64,000 bases of DNA from Batkoa obscura. Taxonomy: Eukaryota. A model generated the notes under the pieces. It saw only the letters and a program-made list of their open reading frames with translations. It was not told the DNA's origin and did no database searches. Shown piece after piece: positions 48,476-61,336 of the stretch (position 1 is its first letter; every line of letters starts with the position of its first letter). Location: NCBI GenBank assembly GCA_030770535.1, contig JASVEC010000015.1, forward strand, positions 868,001-932,000, in the 5' to 3' direction. A program made the position numbers and the translations under genes.

Positions 48476-48943
48476 TCAATCGTTGGCCAATTTAAGCATC
48501 ATATTTGAAAACAGTTGTTTGGTACGATATTTGGCCAACGATTCCACCAACGTTCTTTTAAAAGCTTTAAAGTAATCTACAGGCTCCTCCTTGTCTGTTA
48601 ATTTACTTTGGTAGATTTGAATGTAACGTTTATAATTTTTTATAAATAGATGAACCTCCCTTTTAAGAGTGGGATAATCGATCTTTTTAAGTGTTTGTTC
48701 CAAAGGCTGTTTAAACTCCGTTGGTAGCATATTTAGACTGTTTTTAATAATCTTTATTGCTTTTTCTGGACTCAAATTAAGTACTTCTTTTGGTATATAG
48801 TCTTGTACTCTTTGATTTGAATTTTTGGTCTTCGTTATAGCATCTTCTTTGGTCTCGATAGCTTCTGAATCAGGTTTCTCTCCGTTGATACTTATCACTA
48901 TGAAGCCAAATAAAATCAATAGATATATGCTGATGAATTTCAT
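48476..48943 (-). CDS. Small secreted protein, unknown function
   Basis: Signal-peptide-like MKFISIYLLILFGFIVISING; helical, Cys-free, 155 aa. Confidence 0.7.
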   Translation of the reverse strand: MKFISIYLLILFGFIVISINGEKPDSEAIETKEDAITKTKNSNQRVQDYIPKEVLNLSPEKAIKIIKNSLNMLPTEFKQPLEQTLKKIDYPTLKREVHLFIKNYKRYIQIYQSKLTDKEEPVDYFKAFKRTLVESLAKYRTKQLFSNMMLKLAND

Positions 48944-49081
48944 ATTTTTTATGCAACTAAGAAATCAAAAAAGAAATAATAAAAAACAATAGGACATATT
49001 GTTCCATTTTTTAAAATATTCCGTATTTAATAAGCTCATTTCATTGGTTTATTTTTATTTCATATAGAACTCAAAATTAAT

Positions 49082-50916
49082 TTAACTACAAGACTCCATA
49101 ATATCCGGAATAACGATATCATGATTTTTTAGTATCTAAAAGAGGCATTAATAAATAAGTATTAGGCAAAAGATTATAAGTTCCTACCATAATCAACTTC
49201 AAAAATACATAAGTCTGGTTTCTCGCAGCATAGAACTCGTCCAATTTTAAGTTCATTTGATCAAAGTAGTAATCGCTTGGCACAATTAATTGATTATTAT
49301 TAATAGGAAGTTGATTCAATTCGTATACATACGCCTTGTCTTTTAGTTTATCTTGTAGTTTATTACAGTCTAGCTTGATTTCATCATTTTCAATTTTGAC
49401 AACTTCTGATATCAATTTGCTCTCCTCCTTGCTCAATATCTCCAATTTTTCTTTATTTCTTTCTCGCTTAGTTGCTCGATCATATTTTTGACTCTGTATT
49501 AATAAATCCGTCTTTCTATCAGTCCTATCCTCTTCATTAACAGTAATAATATCTTCCTTCTCATTCTTATTTAAAGAATTCGTATTTAATATTTGAGCTT
49601 TCAATTTTTTAAGTTGCTCAATTTTAATATTCCTTTCTTTAATAAATGATTCCTCTTTAATTCTGATAGGTGGTTGATAATCATAACATAAATTTTTGAT
49701 ATCCAATACACTCTTAACATCATAATCCCATGGCATCTATAATAACACAATTATTAGTATTATATTATTTTCTACTGTCTATATACTTTACCATTATATC
49801 TGAAGGCCTCAAAAATTTATTGGTCCTTGATGCCCCTGAATATTTCGTTCTATTGGTATCATGTATTACTTGCCATTGATGAAAGATTCTATCAACATTG
49901 GAATGATGTAACCAAAAAATAGGATCATTAGGAGAGTGCATATAAAACATATCTCCAATGTTAAATTGATCATCGTCATCAGACCCAGCCAACCAGAAAT
50001 GCACTAGAGAGTGGGAATCCACTTCAAACTCAAACTCGAATCTTGGATAAAGCTCTGTACTTTTAATCATCAAACTTAATTCATCATTATCCATCCATCT
50101 CGTTGGATTCGTTATGTTTAAATTTGCACCCCTTGTGATACAATGCTTATAAGGATAATTTAGCCTCCAATGCGCAAAAGGACCGCCCTGAATACAGCCT
50201 GCACTTTTATCTAGGTTTGGTATTGATCCTCCATAATAATTTAAGACATCACTCAATTCAGGATAATAAGCATCCATACCCCAATCCCAATAAGGTAAGG
50301 TAATAGTTTCATTGATTTGCTGTAATGCTTTTTCAAATTCAAAAGTAAACGCACGATGCCAAGGGAAAAATTGAGCTGAAGAGTGACCTTCATCTGCAGA
50401 TTCAACATGGATCATTGTAAATTCACTATACACGCTAAAGCCTGGACGCCTCACTGAAGGCGTTTTATAAAGTTGGTTGATTGCATTGATATAAGTTTTT
50501 AATTCATCTTCCGTTAAATCATGGAATTCTTTACGGATGAAGGTCTTGGTACATTGCTTGGGCTTTGGTGGATCACTATTTTGGATCAATTTGTTGTATT
50601 GCTTCACATTTTTCATATATTGATTTGTAACTTTATTACTTGGCTCATGAGATGTGACGTTTGCATCCAAGATCAAGTTATGATAGTAGATTCCTATAGG
50701 TTTGAAATCGGATTAGTATAAGATTCTTATTTACATGTATTATTTGTCATTACCCGCTTCCTTTCTTAGCCTTACATCTTCATCATTGTTTATATTGACA
50801 TCGACTGTGTCTTCTGGCAAAGAGTTGAAACTAAATTCTACTGTTTTACTAAATTGAGTCTGAGTCAATATTGAGTTAAAATTACAGATTAAATTCAATA
50901 ATATAAAATAATTCAT
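49082..50916 (-). CDS. Tyrosinase (type-3 di-copper), probably secreted, about 4 exons
   Basis: IRKEFHDL, CuA H...HSSAQFFPWHR, LPYWDW, CuB HSLVH...SPNDPIFWLHHSNVDR. Upstream exon from ATG 50916 splices in frame; hydrophobic N-terminus. Confidence 0.9.
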
Positions 50917-51575
50917 TAATCTAGAAATAAAGTTTATTTTTGTTATTATTGTTTTATTGTTTTTATAGTTAACTTTTAATTTTTTAGTTTTCTATTTTAT
51001 GATTTAAACCTTTTATTAATTCAGTGAGTTTTTTAATTCTTAATGTCGTTGATCAAACATTCATTGACTTTATTATTATCATAATCCTTTTTTCGATCTC
51101 CCAAATTATCTTAGTTTATGATTTTATTTTAAGTCCCCGTAAAATTTATTTTTTAACACTCAAATTTTTATTCAATTGGTGTGACTGCTAATTTAGTATA
51201 AGTATTATAAATAAGGGTCTAGAATATCAATTACTAGATTCTATTTACTCACCCTTTGTCTTTCATTAACCTCTTTTATAACAGAAAAAAATCATATAAT
51301 AAGACAAACTTTAGAATCATTTAATATTCCAAACAATGTCCGGTTCATAAAAAAATCGTATCTATTATTTCCAAACTACAGTTAACTTTAAAATTTTTTT
51401 ACTTAATAAAAACCAAAAATAGTAAATTGTCTGTTCGGATATAGTTTTTTTAACCTTGTGTTATTTAATAAACAATCGATCTAATAAAGATACTGTTATA
51501 AAGTTTGGAAAATGGAAAGGGCAAATTAAAAGACTATATAAAGGAATCTAGTATTATAAAAATGACATAAACAAA

Positions 51576-52241
51576 ATGATAGTAATTCATAATACTGACG
51601 ATATTAAAATCGGTCTTAATAGTAATGAATTGAAACCTTTACTAACCAAAAAAGCAAAGAACAAGAGCATATTCCAAGGCCAATTCAACATCTATTGGCT
51701 TTTTAGTTCTTTACTTTCTTTATGGTTTACCTTATACAAAGGCGCGCCTTTATTATTTAATCCCAAAACTGGTCCTTCTTTATTTATGCACTTAATCTTT
51801 TGTACATTAATATGTATACAATGTATCATAAACCTGTATTTCACTCCTGATATGGGCCCAACCTATCGAGAAATGCACAAACTCATAGGTAAACTTTGTT
51901 TTTTGACTACTTTCTTAAGCACTTTGTTTGGATTGATAACTACCTGGAATGAACGATATAGCGGTGTCAGTATATTTGCTATCAGCATTTCAATTGGTGG
52001 TTTATTTCAAGTTGATGCAATGGCTAAGGCAATATATTATATACGTAAAAAAGATTTTAAAAAGCATACATATTATGCTTCTTCCGTTTTTTATGCCGGT
52101 TGTATGATACCAGCTTACATTCGTTTGCCCTATTTGCTTAATACTGATTTAACAAAGTATTGGGATGTACTTGGTTGGATTATTCCAATTGGTGTGTTTA
52201 ATTTAGCTTATTTAAGTACTCAATCTAAGAGATGGTATTAA
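51576..52241 (+). CDS. Multi-TM membrane protein with conserved His (DUF2306-like)
   Basis: About 6 TM helices; HLIF...HKLIGK...AIYYIRKKDFKKH pattern. Confidence 0.65.
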   Translation: MIVIHNTDDIKIGLNSNELKPLLTKKAKNKSIFQGQFNIYWLFSSLLSLWFTLYKGAPLLFNPKTGPSLFMHLIFCTLICIQCIINLYFTPDMGPTYREMHKLIGKLCFLTTFLSTLFGLITTWNERYSGVSIFAISISIGGLFQVDAMAKAIYYIRKKDFKKHTYYASSVFYAGCMIPAYIRLPYLLNTDLTKYWDVLGWIIPIGVFNLAYLSTQSKRWY

Positions 52242-53402
52242 TTTTTCTAGTATTTATTTATTAAATTATATTGTAGAAGTACTTAATTTTTAACATTATA
52301 AATTTGTTATTTTTTTGAAACTTGTTGCTTAAAAGTACAATTGTTATGTTATATTATTTGTATAGTTTTAAAGTCCAATGGGGTAGAGAAAAAGACAATA
52401 CAATATTTGAAAAAAAAAAGAGGCTACAAGTGGCTGTTAACATAACTAAACCGAAGGCCTATTTGCTAAGTGATCTTTGTCAGATAAATTTTCTATTTTT
52501 AAAACAAGCTTGTTGAAATTAAATAGTCATCCTTAAGCTTCAAATTTATTCAATCTTAAAGCAGAAAATGCCAAGTGTCCTTCAAAATATGGGTATCAGG
52601 AAAATACCAAGTAGCCAGAATAAGAAGGAATAACAATAATAGACTTAAATTTACATTTGTCTAATTTGAACTAAAAAAATCAATGTGATTAAATTAAATA
52701 AACCGTAATAACTTAAAAATAAAAAGTTCATGTATCAACTGTTAACCCACTAAATTTTATAAAAAAAATGCCAGAAGCCAAGAATATGGGTAAAATATCC
52801 AGCCCATCAAAAAATGTTACACAAACATTACACTTAAAACATATTAAACGAGAAATGAGTTAGATTATTAAACTTTTAGATAGCTTAATTATAAAATGAC
52901 TTAATTAGTTATAATTCAGTAATTGGTTGTTAACCAATTTTATACAGCCAAGAAATTTTATTATTATTTTATATAGGTTTCGGCTAATATTCTTTAAGCT
53001 GCATTTAGTTATGTGGTTGAGTATGTTCTGAGCTATGTTTTTATTTATATTTCATTTTTAACACACTATATTTTATAGCTGTATTGAAATATTAGTGAGT
53101 TGTTTATCAAAAAATACTTTTTACTCTAATAGTTTACTCTCATTGTAATTTTCAAAGTTTGATTGTTTAGAAAGCCATTTCTAAAGGAAACAATGAATTT
53201 TTTAATCTGCATAAAATTTGATTGATTTAACTTTTAGGTCTCACTTCTAAAGTAAAGTTAAAAATAACAATAAACCTTGGCATTTAAGGGCCTCAAATGT
53301 TGAAAATTTTGCTAATACTTTATTAAAACAATAGTGTAACTAAATACTATAAAAGAAAATTAAAATACTGACTTAAATTATTAAAAGAATAACAATCAAA
53401 GT

Positions 53403-54338
53403 ATGAAGTTTTATTATTGTTTACCTATCCTTACCCTTGTAGCTGGCCAAGATTATTCAGTTACTGATAATAGCTCTTTAGATTATTCTGTTAGCGACAG
53501 CAGCACTATGGGCTATTCAGCTACTTCCACTGGCGCCTATAGTTCACCAAGCTATATCCACATTAAAAATCATAATGGTAATAAACACAATAGTAGTAAC
53601 AAGCACAACAATAACAATAGCGACATGTTGAAAAAATTACATAAAGAAGGGTATATTTGTATCTCATCCAAATCAAAATACCAACAATTGATTAAATTTT
53701 TCCCAAAAGATATTCAATCTCAGCTTAGCTCTATCCTTTTTAGCTATCAAAATACTATGGGTGCTTCTAGTGATTCTAGTTATCCAACTAACATTTCAGA
53801 CGATAATTCTTGTGACATTATCGATTATACTAATACAAATACTCCAAAAGCTACTGATTCAAGTTACCCAATTGCTACTGATACCACAGACTCCTATACT
53901 AATTCTATAACTACTGATAGTACTGATTCAAGTTACCTAACAGCTACTGATTCTACTGACTATACCGATTCTAGTTACCCAACTGCTACTGATACCACAG
54001 ACTCCTATACAGATTCTGTAACTACTGATAGTACTGACTATACAGATTCTAGTTATCCAACTGGTACCGACACCACCAATTCTTATACCGATATAAGTTA
54101 TCCAGCCTCAACCGATACTACTGACTCTATTTATCCAACTTCAATTGATACCACTGATTCCTATATAACTATCACTGACACTTCTAACACTACCGATTCT
54201 AGCTATCCAACTACTACTGATATTACTAGCTCTAGCTATCTAGTCAGTATTACTGATTCCAGCTCCTTAATTTCTACCGATTCTGCTTATCCAGTTACCA
54301 CCACTGACACTGGCTATGTAGTTGCTACTACTTATTAG
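53403..54338 (+). CDS. Secreted Ser/Thr/Asp/Tyr-rich repeat protein
   Basis: Signal peptide MKFYYCLPILTLVAG; many TDSSYP/TDTTDSY repeats; TATAAAA about 55 bp upstream. Confidence 0.8.
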   Translation: MKFYYCLPILTLVAGQDYSVTDNSSLDYSVSDSSTMGYSATSTGAYSSPSYIHIKNHNGNKHNSSNKHNNNNSDMLKKLHKEGYICISSKSKYQQLIKFFPKDIQSQLSSILFSYQNTMGASSDSSYPTNISDDNSCDIIDYTNTNTPKATDSSYPIATDTTDSYTNSITTDSTDSSYLTATDSTDYTDSSYPTATDTTDSYTDSVTTDSTDYTDSSYPTGTDTTNSYTDISYPASTDTTDSIYPTSIDTTDSYITITDTSNTTDSSYPTTTDITSSSYLVSITDSSSLISTDSAYPVTTTDTGYVVATTY

Positions 54339-54636
54339 TTTCTTTGATAAGTTTGCAAAATATTTTTTATTTAGTTTAGCTAGGCAGTTTTTTATGAATT
54401 AATCTTGAAATAAATATCATTGTACGTAAAACATCCTCAAACATATTAATTATAAATTTAATTAATTACTCATTTTAAACTTAATTTAGTTTAAATTAGA
54501 TTTAGTGTTTGTTATATTTTTGACAAAGTTAATGTTCGTCTATTTATTTATGATATACATATATAGATGAATGATTATTTTATAAAAGTTTTTTTGCAAA
54601 AAATATTTAGATAATTAAAGCTAAAACTAATAATAT

Positions 54637-54731
54637 GGAGATGTGTTTTTTGTTTAAGAATTTTACTACAATCTTTCCACTCAAATAGCGCTTAAAAAAT
54701 GGAAAAATAATGAAACTAAAAAAACATCACC
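54637..54731 (-). mobile_element. MITE family A, copy 6 (95 bp)
   Basis: GGAGATG...CATCACC ends, reverse core, ATAT on both flanks. Confidence 0.88.
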
Positions 54732-54986
54732 ATATTGAAATTTATCTATATAGTCCATCTTGTAATTAAAATTAATGAACTCTTGCCACTATTAATTTAC
54801 TTGAATAATAAAACAAACAAAATGTATATTATTATTAACCTTAAACTTCATCTACAGAACACGAAGCACAAAAAAATAATAAAAGTATGTTTTTAAATCC
54901 TACTGGTAATTTTTCCATCCAACAATGCATAAAAACTAGACAAATAAATGGAGCCCAAAAAGGCAGCATAAAAAAACATAACATCT

Positions 54987-55083
54987 GGGAGTGTTTTTTT
55001 TAACTTCATTATTTTCCATTTTTTAAGCGCTATTTAAGCGGAAAATTTGTTAGTAAAATTTTTAAAGATAAAAATACATCCCC
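54987..55083 (+). mobile_element. MITE family A, copy 7 (97 bp)
   Basis: GGGAGTG...CATCCCC ends, conserved core, flanks ATCT/ATTT (one mismatch). Confidence 0.88.
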
Positions 55084-55571
55084 ATTTGTTTTTGAAATGT
55101 TGGGAGAGCATAGGCCCATATGTATTTTATAGATGTATTTTGTAAATGTAAGTAAAAGCATAGCTAAGGTAGAAAAAAAGTATAAAGGTGTAGGATGTGG
55201 TTATACTAAAAATAAATATATTGAAGAGATAACGCTTCTTATTTTACTTACAAAAGATCAAGGAAGACTGTTTTTAATAGGATTAATTTTACAAAATTGA
55301 AGCAAATATGTAATAGTTAACGTTTAATGTTTTAAAAAATTCAATTTTATTATAATAGTTTTAATACACGCTAAATATAATAGCAGACATATAACCCTAA
55401 ATCTATTACGGCTAACATTTAACACTACTAATTCCAAATAATACAATCTTCAATCCAGCCATATTTTTTATTTAAAAAATATAGTCTTATCACAAGTAAA
55501 AATAAAAAAAAACTTAAAAATGGAGAAGCTACAGCAATTGCAAAATGATAAATAAACCCGTTACAAATCCG

Positions 55572-56811
55572 TTACAAAAAGGACATATACATAGATAGAT
55601 ACTCCTTTTCCATTCTTAAAAAGATCCAAAAAAACCTACGAAACAGCTCCAATAATTCCAACAAGAAATCAGTAATTGGGGATTGATTAATATGACTGCT
55701 TTGGGTTAATTTTAATACCCAAGTAATACGTAATAATAAATTGATAACAACAATTATATAATAAATTATTGGTTCTTTAAATAACAATTCTCGGTTTAGT
55801 ATGTTGTATTTATTACTGCTATAGGTTGCTACGCTGTCATAATTGTCATCGTTATTATTGATATTCCTATACTCATTGTTATTCCTCCATTTAAAATAGA
55901 GGTCCCAATCCATGACTAGATCCCAATAAAAGGAATAGAGAGAATTAAACATAATGAAAACTAACCATAGATAAAATAGCCAATAATTAAGAATCAACTC
56001 CTCGTTATAAATCAATTTTGAAATAATTGGAGATAAAAAGATAACGGGGAAAGCAGAAGCATATTTTAATGCGTTAGATAAGTGTTTATATTGCTTCTCA
56101 TTATTATTAAAAAATTCAATACAACATTGCTTCAACCTTAAAAAAAAGGGAATGGCTATTATCAATGGAGTTAATATTTCATTATATAATAGTAAACTTT
56201 TGTTCGTGTTGTTGAAAATGGTGAGCCAAGTTAAGGAAAATAAATCGCCAAGAATGCGGGAATAACTAGTTAACATATCCGCCAATAAAACTTCTGAAAA
56301 TAATATTGTTGAGTTGTAGTTGCAAAATACAATTTTATAAACTAATCTAGATAAATAAATAAGTATGTATTAACTATATATTAACTAAAACTTACTTTAG
56401 AAAATAGTATCTTTCTTGTTTAAAAAAATAGTCAACTGGCATTAGCAATAAAAGTAGTGATAAAAATATAGATAATAGAAATACATGAGAAATAGAAAAT
56501 TGCCATTGAGGATCAGACTCCAAATTGATTTTTACATTATTTAATAAATAGAAATTAAAATAAAATAAGGACGGTAAAAATATACCTAAAAATAGATAAA
56601 TAAATATCTTCTTTAACTTCTTATCTAAGGTTATATCCTCTTCATTATTGGTAGGTGCAGTGTTAAATATTCTGCCATAATTGATATTGTAGTTTGATAG
56701 TCCTTTTAAATTCAAAGAATATAATAAAGGTCCTAAAAATATTAAAAATAATACTCTTAAAGGTACTGGAAAGATGATTTCTATACTCGTTAAGATCCTG
56801 TCTTTCTTCAT
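55572..56811 (-). CDS. ERD1: EXS-family membrane protein (Erd1-like), 2 exons
   Basis: ADMLTSY, NALKYASAFPV, NSLYSFYWDLVMDWDL, ELFRRFFWIFLRMEKE; no SPX domain. Confidence 0.88.
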
Positions 56812-57044
56812 TATATATTATTTAGTTAATGAATTGTTATTTATTTATTATTTATTATTTATATGTTATAAAAAAAGATCCCAAGATAAGTAAAGTAATT
56901 AAAAAATATACCAAAAAGATAAATTAACTTTCACCAATAAATAGCATAAACTAAATTTTCAACCTAGATGGTTACAACTAATTGGTTTAAATTAAACAAA
57001 AAATATGCAAACACAAATTTATTTTTAGCTCAATAGTTTAATAT

Positions 57045-58426
57045 TTATATAGGAAAGCCCTGGCTATTTATTAAACCAGAATTAGTCTCATGTGGCCCAT
57101 TCCCTTTACTGGTTAAACTTCTAGAGTAGTTATCCTGAAGCACTTTTAAACTTTGTAAAGCGACTAGATTACTAAATTTTTCTTTATATAAAGCATAAAA
57201 ATGAAACATCTTTTGAGTAACAATGGCTACCTAAAGAAAACGAAAAAAAATTAAAAATACATCACAATAAATTTTACAACTTAAAGATAATTTATTACCT
57301 CTTCCAAATCTACTTGAATTTCAATAAACCAACTTTGTATTTTTTCCATGGTTTCCAAATTTTGTGTTTTATTAATTAGCATTTCTTCCTGCTTTGGTAA
57401 CACCATATAGATAGCTGTTACCGCTAACAAGTGCGGTGAATGACAAAGTATAACATCGGTCATATACATATCGTTGATAATATACCTTAAAATAAAATTA
57501 ACGGCTTCAATTCATTATTTCTGTTTTTGTGATTATTATTAAGATTCGTCACTTACCAAGCTAATTGTAGATTATTTTGATCAATGGGTACAGTTTGTAA
57601 ATATCTAAACAAATGAAATAAAAAGTTAATTAAAAAAACATTAAAAAACACACAGCAATATTCCAAACTTACAAAGAAAATGGATGATATGGATGAAATG
57701 GTGTTAAATAACATTCTAATTCTTGTAATAAATAAAATTCAAAATCGGCCAAATCCGAAGTATCGTAAGGTAACTTTATACTGGGTTCACTTTCTAAACA
57801 ATTTTTTCATTTTAAATCTTATTTTATAATATTTAACTCGGATTCCCGATAATTACCTTGAAAAGCAGTAATAGATTCGGTCATTACATTCGTTATATGA
57901 TAAGGATATTCATCTACTTTACCAGCTACATACATGCATGTGGTAGCTACTAAACAAGGTTCTGTATCACAAAAGCTATTTCTATATATATCAAATTAGT
58001 TTAGTTATAAAGCATAAAACTTGAAACTCGATTCTTACTTAGTATAGAACCTTTTAAAAAACATGATGCTTGTAGCTATATGTTTTTGTCGAATAAGTAA
58101 TCTTTGGCCAATTCGAGTTAACACTAATCCATTAAAAAATGTTAATATAATCAATATAATCAATGTAATCAACATAATCAATCATTTCTCTTTACTTCAT
58201 TAAAAATTCTACTCTATTTAAATACTTACTATTAGCAAAATAAGTATGAATCATTGTATATTCATCTTTCGTTGTAAATTTCAAATCTTTACTGGGTCCG
58301 GTTAGACTCAAAACCTCTTTAAATGTCCATCGTTTACTTTAAAGAGATTTACTTAATTCCTTTTTATTATGATACAGTGCTGATAATGATTTACTATTGT
58401 GAAGATTCCCAATAATTACTTGCCAT
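57045..58426 (-). CDS. SSN8: Cyclin C (Mediator kinase module), multi-exon
   Basis: MASNYWESSQ, RQKHIATSIMFFKRFY, YVAGKVE, EFYLLQELECYLTPFHPY, AWYIINDMYMTD. Confidence 0.9.
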
Positions 58427-59837
58427 TTTTAGTAGATAAAAATTGAAAAATCCATTTTTGATTTTATGAATATTGTGAAAATGACTAGCTTTTTTAGTAC
58501 AGCCAATAAAATAGACTTGAAAACATGAATTTGAATGTCTTTTTGTCCCTTCCTTATAGAGTTATAAAATTAAAATATTAAAAACATTGAAAAACATCAC
58601 CACATGGATAAATTTATTGTTCTTGTAGTTTATTCTTGCACTTTCAAGTATTAAATAATAATTAATTCGCTTTAACAAGCAACTAGACTACTTGAATTAT
58701 TTTATATAAATATTGTTTTAACTAAAATTTATTATTGAAAAAATCGCTAACTTTCACCTAATAAATACTCTTTAAACCTAAAAAATCCTTCTTTCATTCT
58801 CTTAATAGCCCCTTTTATTAACCTCATCTTTCAAAACAAAATCAGACTACTTTATGTTCTAATTGGACTTATAAGTTAGAAATTAAAAATTAAAAAGTAA
58901 ACATATCAGTTTTTGTTTAGCAAATTTTTCACTTAATAGTACCTAGAAATTAGACAAACAAATGAAGAAGAAGTCCCAATTTGTTATTTACTCCTTATTC
59001 ATTCTTTTAGTATTTGATGTAAGATCATATCATCTCTAAAGATTGGATCTGAATAAATGTCCTAACTTCATATTAAACCAATTGGCTTATTAATGAGATA
59101 GAACATATAAATGAATTAAAAATAAATTATGTTTTTAATAGTAACTCAACATCTTCGAAATTGAAATGTTTATAAAACATATTGTAAAGAAAAAAGAGAC
59201 AACATAATGACCATATTTATAACCACATAATAACCACTTATTGTCTTTTTTATTTATAATTTTATTTTAAATATTTCAGTTATAAAACCTTATCATCTTA
59301 TTTTTCGTTGTTGATATAATATCTCCACAGAATCTCCACTATAAATAACTGCCCATTTCATTGGATATTAATAATTTTCTAAAGAAATTAATTTGTCCTT
59401 AAATTCTTTATAAAGTAATTCTATGACTTGTTATTACCAGAATTTTTTATTAAAGAGTAATTAATTATTTTTTTCAAATGTCAATAGTTAAAAGAAGAAT
59501 TTAAAAAGTTATTATTAGCAACAAATCATTAGATAGTATGTGCTTACTTGAAGCATTTTAATTCGATCAAATTATGGAGCTAAGTTTCCAAGAGATTCCA
59601 AGAGTGATTAAAGACAATAAAAATTCGATTAAAAGAAGTGGTTGAATACTAATTAAGCTTAGGTAAATATCTAAAAAAAGACAGCAAATGATTTAATCTC
59701 ACTAATAAATATACAACGATAATAGTATATAAATAGAACCCATAACTATTTACTTTAATTTTTCAAAAATAAGCTATTGAATTTTTGTTTTTTTCTTACT
59801 ATAAACTAATACATCTCATATCATATAATCTTTAATT

Positions 59838-60871
59838 ATGGTTAAATTATCTCAAATCATTACATTACTTGCTTTGACTGTTGCTGGTAACATGTCAAAA
59901 AAATGTACCAGTAAATCAGATAGTAATGTACCTACTAGTATTCCAAGTAATGGAGGCAATAATACTAGCTCCAGCGTTGCTACCCCAAGTCAAACTAGTA
60001 CCACTGCTATTACTCAACCAACTGGTACCCCAGTTCAAGCTGATATCTATGGTTTAGGCTATAATGCTAAACATTCCGATGGCCAATGCCCTCAAGTTGA
60101 TAAAGTTGTAACGGATTTTAAAACAATGCAACAAATTACATCTCGTATTCGTACTTTTGGCTTAATGGATTGTAATCAAGGTGAATTATTAGTTCAAGCT
60201 GCTGAAAAGACTGGTATGCAAGTATCCCTTGGTATGTTCTTAAATCAATATCCTGCTGAATTTAATAATGAATTTGGTAAGCTTAAGGATTGATTACTCG
60301 TTATCGTTCCACTTTTGAAAAATATATCCCAGTCATTATTGTTGGTAGTGAAACTTTATATCGTAAAGAGCTTAATTTTGATGAATTAGCTGTTTATATT
60401 AAACAAGTGAAACAATATGTTCAAGTAGAACAAAAATTAAACATTAAAATTACCACAGCTGATACAAAAGATCAATGGTATCCACATGCTACTTTAGAAG
60501 CAGTTGATTTTATGATGGTTAATGCTTATCCTTATTGGGAATCGATTCCAGTAGAACAAGCTATTGATCATTTATTCCAAACTATTGGTAAAGTTAAGGG
60601 AGCCACTCAGCAAAGTGGTAAACAATTTGTATTAGGAGAGACTGGATGGCCTATTGGCGGAGATAAAATGGGCAATGCTATTCCATCCAAAGACAATCAA
60701 TTGTTATACTTTAATCAATTTTATTGTCGTGCTAAGAAAGAAAACTTACCTTATTATTGGTTCTCTGCCTTCGATGAATCTTGGAAACAAAATGAAACTA
60801 GATCAGATTGGGGTATCTTTAAAGAAGGTGGTGTTGTCAAACAAGGTTATCAACTTCCACCTACTTGTTAG
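59838..60871 (+). CDS. GH17 beta-1,3-glucanase/glucanosyltransferase (Bgl2/Scw-like), secreted, one apparent frameshift at ~60290
   Basis: Signal peptide, S/T linker, IRTFG, VGSE (acid/base Glu), NAYPYWE, GETGWP (nucleophile Glu), FSAFDESWK. Confidence 0.9.
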
Positions 60872-61336
60872 TTATTTTTTTATAATATTTAAAAAAATAA
60901 AAGTTTTATTAAATATTATTCATTCTAATATATTATACTTGTTTTATTATTTATTATTTTATGTTTTTACATTATTTTTGTTTTAATATTATCAGTATTA
61001 ATATTATCACTTAATGAATGAATAATAATAAATAACCGTTCAATAGGTTACTTAACTAATTTACTTAGAGAATCTCAAATTAATTAGTGATTTTAGTTTT
61101 ACTATAAATAACTTTGGGATTTTGTTAGCAAACTTACCAAATCCCCAGCCAAGCCCCTAGCTAAACTCAAGATTTACTGTTTTATTAAACTAAGCAAGAT
61201 CTTAATTTTGCAAATAACGAATAATATAATGACATTTAATTTATTAAAATCATACTATTTAAAAAAATTACATTGATAATATAAAACAAATAAAGAATGT
61301 TTATTTTCTAATTAAATTAAATTTTTATTTTAAAAT

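Noticed and set aside
51131..51140. AAGTCCCCG resembling RNase MRP CR-I
   Set aside because: Lacks the GARAG context and a matching CR-V; surroundings are unstructured.
58575..58980. Fragments resembling MITE A (AAAACATCACC; CAAATTTTTCACTTAATAG)
   Set aside because: Too short and degenerate; no paired ends or TSD.
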